Part shown: positions 57,223 to 64,000 of the stretch, one piece after another | Layout of the letters: each line of letters begins with the position of its first letter | How positions within the stretch are numbered: the first letter of the stretch is position 1 | Source of the DNA: a virus | Direction: 5' to 3' (one strand) | IMG/VR virus record: IMGVR_UViG_3300032238_000977 | Span: 1 to 64,000 of that record | Length of the DNA: 64,000 nt | Made by a program: the position numbers and the translations under genes | The notes under the pieces: model-generated | What the model saw: only the letters and a program-made list of their open reading frames with translations | Databases searched by the model: none | What the model was told of the DNA's origin: nothing

Positions 57223-59373
57223 TTAAGCAACAAGATCCATAAACTCTCCCAAAACCCGCTTGTTCATCTTTTTAGATTTCAGACTCTTTACAAAAGCAGA
57301 TTTAATTTGTGCTTTGGTTGCACATTCATGAACATCAAACTCAGCATCTTGAGATAAAGCAGTTGCAGAAAGACCAAAGTAAGAATGATACCCAGATTTT
57401 TTGATAGAGATTGCTTTTTCCTTTTTCCAAGTAGACATTACTTTTTCATAATCAGGACCATAGCATCCACAGTAACGGCGGATAAAACTTCCAGCATCAC
57501 GACTTTCAAGAACACGGATACCAATGAAGTTAATATAAGCAAATTTATCTCGGAGATTGCAAAGAAGAACATCAGTAAATTTCCACCACTCACCATCAAG
57601 AGAATAAGTGTTACCAGTCTTGCGATCACGAAGGAAAGCATTAGAACCAATGTGAGAAACGCCAATAAAAGGACCTTCTTCCCAGTTACGTTGAACTTCA
57701 CGATGATACTTTGGAGACTGAGATTCACCATCAGTAAGAATCACACATTGAACTTTTTGCAGTTTGTTTTCGCTCCGAAACTTTGGAAGAATTTGATGAA
57801 GAGTAATCAGAGTCTCATTCAATGGAGTTCCAGAAAGATTCAAACCCAAAGGAATATTATAACTACAATTATACGAACGACTAAAAGCTGCAGAAAGACG
57901 AAAAATGTTTTTCATTTGCTCATCTAGAGTTTTGCCATTTACTTTACTAGTCAGAAGATTCATCAAAGAAAACCATTCACCGACTTGAACAAGTCCATCA
58001 CGTTTTTCATAAGAAAGTTCGCGGAAATTTGCTTTACCATCTTCATCATAGGAAACCAAAGGATAATCAGTAGTAAAAGCATAAACCTCAAAAGGAATCG
58101 AAACTTTCTTACAGAACCAAACAAGGTTGAAAAGTTGCTTTACCGTATCCAACATCACATCCCCCATTGAACCAGACCAGTCCAGAATGAATACCAGACC
58201 GTGATTCTTGCCGTCTGCAAGTGTTGTGACCTTGCGGAACAGGTCTTCATTGTATTTGTAGGTGTGCAGTTTAGAGCAGTCTAGAACACCTGTACGCGCC
58301 GTCGTCGCACGTGCATAACTATCTGCTGCCTTACGGCACTCAAACTCTTTTACCAGATAATTAACTTCCTTCTGAGCAGAACGCTTGAACTGATTGAACT
58401 GAGTATCAACATTCCCAAAAATTTCGTCATGAGTGTACCCAGTACGCTCAAGATAATCTTTCCAAGTTTCCTTACACTTATCATGAATTTCTGCATTTGG
58501 AACGATTACTTTTTTCAAATCAAGTTTAGGAAGTTCAATATAAACATTCTCATAACCACTAGTATTAACCAAGTCTTTTAGAGATTCTTCCAAAGAATCC
58601 ATAGTTTTAACTTCAGGTTCTTCATTCTCATCACCACCCACGGGAGAGTTAGTAGATTTCAGTTGCTCCGAAGATTCGCTGGAAGCAGAACCATCAGAAC
58701 CATCAGATTCGGGTTGGTCGTTCTCACCTTCTCGTTGATCGGAGAAGTCAGAAGCAGGTTGTTGATTAGCACCACTTTGTTGAGACTCAAGATTATCAAT
58801 TTGAGTCTTAGTTTCTTCTTGCTTTTTTTGTTTACAATACTTATAGAGTGCTTCTGCAGCGATCAGAACATCAGCAAAGGTTTCGGTATCGGCAATCAGG
58901 TTGATGATTTCAGTTTCTTCGCCACGCTCAACAGGAATATCTACAAAATTACCAACCTTGAACCACAGGTTAGCACGGTCAGCAAGGTTATAAGTTTCCA
59001 GTTTATCATCACCAATCTGAAAGAAATCTTGGTCAGCAAGTTCCTTATAACCGTTGAAGAAAGTCTTAGCAAGACCAGCATAACGACGCTTCATCAGTTT
59101 CTCGATGCGAGCATCTTCCACCACATTCACAAACTGCGGGGGAATCTTGTGCTCCTTCAACCAGTCTTCATCAGGCGTAAAAAGTGCATGACCAACCTCA
59201 TGTCCTACCAGAAGGTCATAGACTGTATTGCTTGCCTTCTCCCACAGAGGCAGCGTCAGCACACGAGTATGAACATTAAAACAGGCAGTCTCTACTTTCT
59301 TATGCTCAACCACAAGATCTTCAGTAGCAAGCAGTTTAGCCAGTTGTGACTTGATTTCGTGGCGGACAGTCAT
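57223..59373 (-). CDS. CobT-like vWA protein with N-terminal HExxH metallopeptidase-like domain
   Basis: HEVGH, EDARIE, acidic linker, DWSGS MIDAS, GTPL, LTDGE. Confidence 0.85.
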   Translation of the reverse strand: MTVRHEIKSQLAKLLATEDLVVEHKKVETACFNVHTRVLTLPLWEKASNTVYDLLVGHEVGHALFTPDEDWLKEHKIPPQFVNVVEDARIEKLMKRRYAGLAKTFFNGYKELADQDFFQIGDDKLETYNLADRANLWFKVGNFVDIPVERGEETEIINLIADTETFADVLIAAEALYKYCKQKKQEETKTQIDNLESQQSGANQQPASDFSDQREGENDQPESDGSDGSASSESSEQLKSTNSPVGGDENEEPEVKTMDSLEESLKDLVNTSGYENVYIELPKLDLKKVIVPNAEIHDKCKETWKDYLERTGYTHDEIFGNVDTQFNQFKRSAQKEVNYLVKEFECRKAADSYARATTARTGVLDCSKLHTYKYNEDLFRKVTTLADGKNHGLVFILDWSGSMGDVMLDTVKQLFNLVWFCKKVSIPFEVYAFTTDYPLVSYDEDGKANFRELSYEKRDGLVQVGEWFSLMNLLTSKVNGKTLDEQMKNIFRLSAAFSRSYNCSYNIPLGLNLSGTPLNETLITLHQILPKFRSENKLQKVQCVILTDGESQSPKYHREVQRNWEEGPFIGVSHIGSNAFLRDRKTGNTYSLDGEWWKFTDVLLCNLRDKFAYINFIGIRVLESRDAGSFIRRYCGCYGPDYEKVMSTWKKEKAISIKKSGYHSYFGLSATALSQDAEFDVHECATKAQIKSAFVKSLKSKKMNKRVLGEFMDLVA

Positions 59374-59394
59374 AGGTTTGGTGCGTATTGACCT

Positions 59395-59450
59395 ATTATA
59401 CAAAAAAAGGAGGTCTTGCGACCCCCCAGTGGACAGTTTAGAAAGTGTCC
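59395..59450 (-). promoter_or_regulatory. Promoter with hairpin and 20-bp palindrome (copy 4)
   Basis: TATAAT 59400-59395; GGACAGTT-taga-AAGTGTCC at 59431-59450. Confidence 0.65.
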
Positions 59451-60011
59451 TCAATCTTTAGGCATTCTAGCACCAGTATGATGTCTTACAACACCAGCAG
59501 AATCAGTATAAGTTGCTCTTTCTGGTCTAGGAGATACATAACCTACACCAGGAACAGAACCAGTTTGTCCTTTTGCTCTTGCTTCATTTCTTGCTTGTGC
59601 TCTTTGTGCCGCTCTACGACGATTTCTATCGTATGCTGCATCTTCACCAATAACTTCATCAATGATACTATTTCTCCACTCTTCACTCATATTCGCCATA
59701 ATAGCAAGAGATGCCTTATTTGTATCTGCATAACCTTCGGCAACCAAATATTCAATTATATAATCAAAAAGATCACCTTCAAATTCTTCTCTATTCAATC
59801 TCTTTGCTGCTTGTGCTTTATAAAGACGCGCAGCTTGTGCAGCCTTAGCAGCAGCACCTTCTTTATCACCAGTAACAGAAAGTTTACCACGCTTTATATC
59901 TGCAGCTTTTGATGCTTTCAATGCAAGATCAGGAGAAATTTCATCAAGTTGTTGAGTTTCCACTGACTTTAAATATGCTTCTTGAAGATTAATAAGATCT
60001 CTAACGTCCAT
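59451..60011 (-). CDS. Late protein, probable internal head protein
   Basis: LQEAY, QLDE and IIDE sites; TATAAATA at 60045-60038. Confidence 0.7.
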   Translation of the reverse strand: MDVRDLINLQEAYLKSVETQQLDEISPDLALKASKAADIKRGKLSVTGDKEGAAAKAAQAARLYKAQAAKRLNREEFEGDLFDYIIEYLVAEGYADTNKASLAIMANMSEEWRNSIIDEVIGEDAAYDRNRRRAAQRAQARNEARAKGQTGSVPGVGYVSPRPERATYTDSAGVVRHHTGARMPKD

Positions 60012-60040
60012 TTTTTTTTCTTAATCTATTATAATAATAT

Positions 60041-60181
60041 TTATAAAAAAGAAGCGTCTCGTTGATCAACGAGACGCTTCTTGAGTGCTTGGCGACGTGC
60101 CTTTGCTTGTCGGAGTGCCTGCGGTTTGAGTTTTCGCTTCTGCTCCTTTTTAGAATGGTGCATCCAGTTTGGAGTGTTCAT
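60041..60181 (-). CDS. Small basic protein, 46 aa
   Basis: MNTPNWMHHSKKEQKRKLKPQALRQAKARRQALKKRL... Confidence 0.6.
   Translation of the reverse strand: MNTPNWMHHSKKEQKRKLKPQALRQAKARRQALKKRLVDQRDASFL
60045..60081 (-). terminator. Intrinsic terminator
   Basis: Perfect inverted repeat AGAAGCGTCTCGTTGA/TCAACGAGACGCTTCT followed by T-run. Confidence 0.75.
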
Positions 60182-60893
60182 TGATCGTATCCAGAATGTT
60201 GATGGTGGGAAACCACCCAATACTAGTTAGTATTTTAACATCTGCTGCATTGTCCCGTCTCTCTCCAGGGGTCAGTTCCTTAACTGGCAGGTGACCCTGA
60301 CCAAATGCTTCTGCTAAATCAGAAACCTTTACAGATTTTCCAGTCCCAACTGAGACTGGTCCAGTTACATCACTCAAAGCAAGATATCGAATAGCACGAC
60401 AAACATCCTTAACATGAATCCAGTCTCTTTTGTGATTTGTTATATAAGTTGCTTTTTTATCTTTAAGCAAATCATACATCATGTTACCACGACCGCCAGG
60501 ACCATAGACTGTGGTAAATCTCATACCAACAGAGTTTGGTGGGGCCATTACCTCATTAATCCATTTAGTCATTGCATATGGATTAGTCCAATAATCCTCT
60601 TCTACAGTGCTTGAAGAGGCATACAAAAGGCGTGTATTTGTTTCTCTACACCAATCAAATATCTTTTTAGTTTTGAGAACATTGTTTTCGTAATACTTTT
60701 CTGGATTCTCTTGACTGTCTCTAATATCAGCAAAAGCAGCAAGATGAATTACAAGGTTAAAATCTCCTCCAGAAAAATCACCAATATCATAAGGCAAATC
60801 CATACCAACAACTAAGTTGTTATGAGTCTCTACCCAATCATTAAAAACATGTTTTCCAATAAAACCTTTATGTCCAGTAATTAAGACTTTCAT
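60150..60893 (-). CDS. NAD-dependent epimerase/dehydratase
   Basis: TGHKGFIG, HLAA, YASSS, YAMTK. Confidence 0.9.
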   Translation of the reverse strand: MKVLITGHKGFIGKHVFNDWVETHNNLVVGMDLPYDIGDFSGGDFNLVIHLAAFADIRDSQENPEKYYENNVLKTKKIFDWCRETNTRLLYASSSTVEEDYWTNPYAMTKWINEVMAPPNSVGMRFTTVYGPGGRGNMMYDLLKDKKATYITNHKRDWIHVKDVCRAIRYLALSDVTGPVSVGTGKSVKVSDLAEAFGQGHLPVKELTPGERRDNAADVKILTSIGWFPTINILDTINEHSKLDAPF

Positions 60894-62599
60894 ACAATTC
60901 TACTAAATCCTTTAATTTTATCAAATTTAATTACGTTATCAAATTTATCATGCAAAGATTCTTTATGGGAAATAACAAAGATATTTGCATCTTTAATTAC
61001 ATATTTAATAATTTTTAGAAAATCATCAGTTCCAAATCCATCAAGAGAAGAATCAAACACTTCATCCATAATAAGGAGATTGGTATTTACTGAATTTTTA
61101 AATTTAGCAACTTCCCTCCAAGTAAAGAGAAGAGCCAAGTCTATTCTCATTTTTTCCCCTTCACTAAAAGAAGCATAGGAAAAATCTTCATGAATTGGGG
61201 ACTGGACGGTTTCGTTAAATTCATCATCAAGAGTAAAGTTAATGTAAAAGTCCATCATCTGAAGATAACGGTTTACTTGCTGATTTATCAGCGGCAAGTA
61301 CTTCTTAATGATTTTGGATTTTACTCCACCGTCTTTAAGTAAACTATACGCAAAATCGTAATAGTTGATTAAGTCTTTTTTAGAAGCGAGTTCGTCGTAT
61401 GTAGTTTTTAGGTTCTCTTTAAAAGATTCTAACTTCTCATGTTCAGAATTTCGGTTTGCAAGGTTCTCGGTAAGAACTTGAATTTCATGTTCAAGATTTC
61501 GGATTTGTCTTTGTAATCCGTTAATCTTAATATTGTTTTGAGAAATGCCATTCGTTAGTTTCGAAATCTCCTTAGACAGAGTATTGAATTGACGCTCTCG
61601 CTTCTCTTCCTCTTTAATTGCCTCCTCCAGTTCTTTATAACCAGATTGCAACTCCTTTGCTTTATTTTGAGCGTCATTAATCTTATTTATTCTAAACTCG
61701 TCCTCAATCTCCTGTGTGCAGGTAGGACAAACCGTATTTTCAGTGAAGAACTTATGCTCTTTGGTAATCGTAGATACCTTTTGTGAGATTTTACCTTTTA
61801 GATTTCCCAACTTACGAAGTTTTTCTGCATACCCAATTAATTGATCTTGCTCGCAGATATACTCACGAAGAGGATCTTCCAGAGAAGAGTTTTCTTTTAT
61901 ATGATCATCAACTTCTAAATTTAATTCAGATATCTTTTCTTTACTTGCATTAATATTAGCATTACCACGATTCTCAAGTTCTTCAATGAAATTACTTTGC
62001 ATTTCAACTTTTTCTATAATGGATTGCTTTTTCAAATCCAAAGTTCTAAGTTGTTCTTTTGCAGATCTTATTTTCTCTTTAATGAGATTATTCATTGAAG
62101 AGAAAATCTTAATATCTAATAGATCTTCAATAACTTCTCTTCGATGAGCAGCAGGAAGTTGCATAAAGGGAACAAATGCACTTGAACCCAAAATTACAAT
62201 TTGTGTAAAAGATTTATAGTTCATTTTAAGAACATTTTGCTCCAACCATTTTTGCTGATCCAAAGCTGCAGAAGACTGATCTAAAGGAGATCCGTTTCTA
62301 TAGATTTCAAAAATAGCAGGTTTTATTCCACGAACAACTTTCCACTCAGTTTTTCCAATAGAAAATTCAACCTCAACAACACAATCCTTTTCATTTGCAG
62401 TATTGATAAGTTGGGGTTTGTTAATTTTACGAAATGGTTTCCCAAACAAAGAAAAGGTAAGGGCATCCAGAACAGTACTCTTACCTGCACCGTTTGTTCC
62501 AATAATCAAATTCGTTGTTTTATTTACGAATTCAATTTCACTAAAGTGGTTTCCCGTTGAAAGAAAATTTTTCCAACGAATATTACGAAATAAAATCAT
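60890..62599 (-). CDS. Recombination nuclease ATPase subunit (T4 gp46, Rad50-like)
   Basis: GTNGAGKS, CPTC hook, FSEGE, MDEVFD. Confidence 0.97.
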   Translation of the reverse strand: MILFRNIRWKNFLSTGNHFSEIEFVNKTTNLIIGTNGAGKSTVLDALTFSLFGKPFRKINKPQLINTANEKDCVVEVEFSIGKTEWKVVRGIKPAIFEIYRNGSPLDQSSAALDQQKWLEQNVLKMNYKSFTQIVILGSSAFVPFMQLPAAHRREVIEDLLDIKIFSSMNNLIKEKIRSAKEQLRTLDLKKQSIIEKVEMQSNFIEELENRGNANINASKEKISELNLEVDDHIKENSSLEDPLREYICEQDQLIGYAEKLRKLGNLKGKISQKVSTITKEHKFFTENTVCPTCTQEIEDEFRINKINDAQNKAKELQSGYKELEEAIKEEEKRERQFNTLSKEISKLTNGISQNNIKINGLQRQIRNLEHEIQVLTENLANRNSEHEKLESFKENLKTTYDELASKKDLINYYDFAYSLLKDGGVKSKIIKKYLPLINQQVNRYLQMMDFYINFTLDDEFNETVQSPIHEDFSYASFSEGEKMRIDLALLFTWREVAKFKNSVNTNLLIMDEVFDSSLDGFGTDDFLKIIKYVIKDANIFVISHKESLHDKFDNVIKFDKIKGFSRIV

Positions 62600-62855
62600 T
62601 TGTTTCTGGTGGAATTACAATGTCGTTTTCAGTTATTATTGTATATTGGTAATTGTGTACTTCACATGCTTTAATTAGCAATTCATCATCTACTTCCAAA
62701 ACTTTCATTGTTGGAAATTCTTTTTCCTCCAACATCATAGCATATCTTGCCGCGTCATCTTCTTCAACAAAAAGATAGATAATCTCTTCCCCATCTTCAT
62801 TTTCTACGGAATATGCACCCTTCTCTTCGTTTCCATCAACTGTAAGGATATACAT
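62583..62855 (-). CDS. Conserved cyanophage hypothetical protein
   Basis: GAYSV, F.EEDDA.RYA, VIPP. Confidence 0.8.
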   Translation of the reverse strand: MYILTVDGNEEKGAYSVENEDGEEIIYLFVEEDDAARYAMMLEEKEFPTMKVLEVDDELLIKACEVHNYQYTIITENDIVIPPETNDFIS

Positions 62856-62857
62856 TT

Positions 62858-63898
62858 TTATGCCATCTCACAAGCTTCTTTATAGATTTCAGATATAATT
62901 TTTTGAATTACCGATTTATCCAAATTAACCTCAGACTCTTCAATATATCTATTAAGAATAGAAATAGTATCTTCGGATTCAAATCCTTCAAATTCATCAT
63001 CATCTATGATTTGAAAATTTTCAACAATTTTCAATTCAGCAACATTTGCTGCATACAATTTATCGATAAATTTTTCAAACTGTTTGGTATCGGATTTTTT
63101 TCTAACTATAACTTTTACTATTTTTTCTTCATATTCTCTTGTATCGAAAAGTTGAGGATTTGTATCCTCATAATAAATGTTATAGAACATCCTGAACGGA
63201 TTGTTTACGGGAACATGTTCTAAAGTATCTGTATCAAATAGAGTAAATCCGCGATCATCATTCACATCATTCCAATAAATCTCATACGGATTACCCAAAT
63301 AGAAAATTTTTCCATCATTAGAACGAGTATGATAATGACCAGAAAATACTTTTTCAAATTTATTAAAAATTTTGGTTTCCATACCATGATCCATAACATG
63401 GCCTCTATGAGAGTTAAACCCATTAAGTTCCAAATGCCCCATTGCAACGGAAGATTTGGTATTCTCAATCATTTTTAAAGTTTTTTTTTCATTTTCTTGG
63501 TTAATCCAAGGAATAAAAAGTACTTTTAATTTATCAACTAAAACCTCAGTTGGGTCGGAAATAATTTCAACATTATCATACTCACGAAGAAGAAGATCCA
63601 CAGCATTTACTTCGTTTGTATTTTTATAATACGAATCGTGATTTCCAACAATTAAATGCAATTTAATTCCCCTCTTCTTAAGAGGGTCAAAAATATTATC
63701 TTTAGACCAAGCAAGGGCTGAAAAATCAATTCCTTTTCTACTATCAAAAGCATCACCCATATGAATAACAGTTTTAATTTCCTCCTTATCTAAGGTAGGA
63801 AAAAATACATTATGGTAAAACTTTTTAAAATAATCATGAAAAAGTTTAGAATTTTTCCTTGCCCCATAATGGGTGTCACTTATAATACCAATCTTCAT
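62858..63898 (-). CDS. Recombination nuclease subunit (T4 gp47, Mre11-like)
   Basis: DTHYG, GDAFD, GNHD, GHYH. Confidence 0.97.
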   Translation of the reverse strand: MKIGIISDTHYGARKNSKLFHDYFKKFYHNVFFPTLDKEEIKTVIHMGDAFDSRKGIDFSALAWSKDNIFDPLKKRGIKLHLIVGNHDSYYKNTNEVNAVDLLLREYDNVEIISDPTEVLVDKLKVLFIPWINQENEKKTLKMIENTKSSVAMGHLELNGFNSHRGHVMDHGMETKIFNKFEKVFSGHYHTRSNDGKIFYLGNPYEIYWNDVNDDRGFTLFDTDTLEHVPVNNPFRMFYNIYYEDTNPQLFDTREYEEKIVKVIVRKKSDTKQFEKFIDKLYAANVAELKIVENFQIIDDDEFEGFESEDTISILNRYIEESEVNLDKSVIQKIISEIYKEACEMA

Positions 63899-63903
63899 AA
63901 TTA

Positions 63904-64000
63904 TCAGTATCTTATCTTGCTATGAACAGCATCTTTAATACTATTATAGTCGCTGTAGTTGGATCCGTCAATAAGGTTGTTGTCCACAAAAACCTCATCG
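63904..64000 (-). CDS. Late-transcription sigma factor (T4 gp55), C-terminal fragment
   Basis: ...DEVFVD...SDYNSIKDAVHSKIRY*; syntenic position upstream of gp47. Confidence 0.7.
   Translation of the reverse strand, partial: DEVFVDNNLIDGSNYSDYNSIKDAVHSKIRY

Noticed and set aside
1-64000. Host chromosome or prophage interpretation based on porin, pstS, nadE and glycosyltransferases
   Set aside because: These genes are co-oriented with T4 core genes, interspersed with gp55-type late promoters, and no integrase or host housekeeping synteny is present

Overview
64 kb segment of a lytic T4-like cyanophage (Kyanoviridae-type myovirus, AT-rich, picocyanobacterial host). Essentially everything is on the minus strand. 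In transcription order (right to left): the T4 core replication module (gp55 C-terminus, gp47, gp46, CobT/CobS-like vWA-AAA pair, gp45, gp44, a DUF4338 protein, gp62, regA, hsp20, gp43, uvsX, 2OG-Fe(II) oxygenase, gp41, mazG); late genes for probable internal head/virion proteins; primase and nrdAB; a tRNA region (11 tRNAs, plus tRNA-Ala further right) interleaved with at least six small non-tRNA structured RNAs; a tandem-pseudoknot RNA of the wcaG/manA type; an 18 kb, 22-gene glycan-synthesis island containing nadE; a Pho-box-linked porin plus pstS; two hli genes; a peroxiredoxin; and two lysis enzymes sharing an N-terminal domain. The most interesting signals are non-coding: the RNA elements in the tRNA cluster (including an anticodon-less tRNA mimic and a non-canonical tRNA-Ile(UAU)), the four-unit pseudoknot array, host regulator sites (Pho box, HLR1) and a recurrent 20-bp palindrome at promoters. 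Family assignments come from motif recognition and RNA folds were made by eye; no database search was run.
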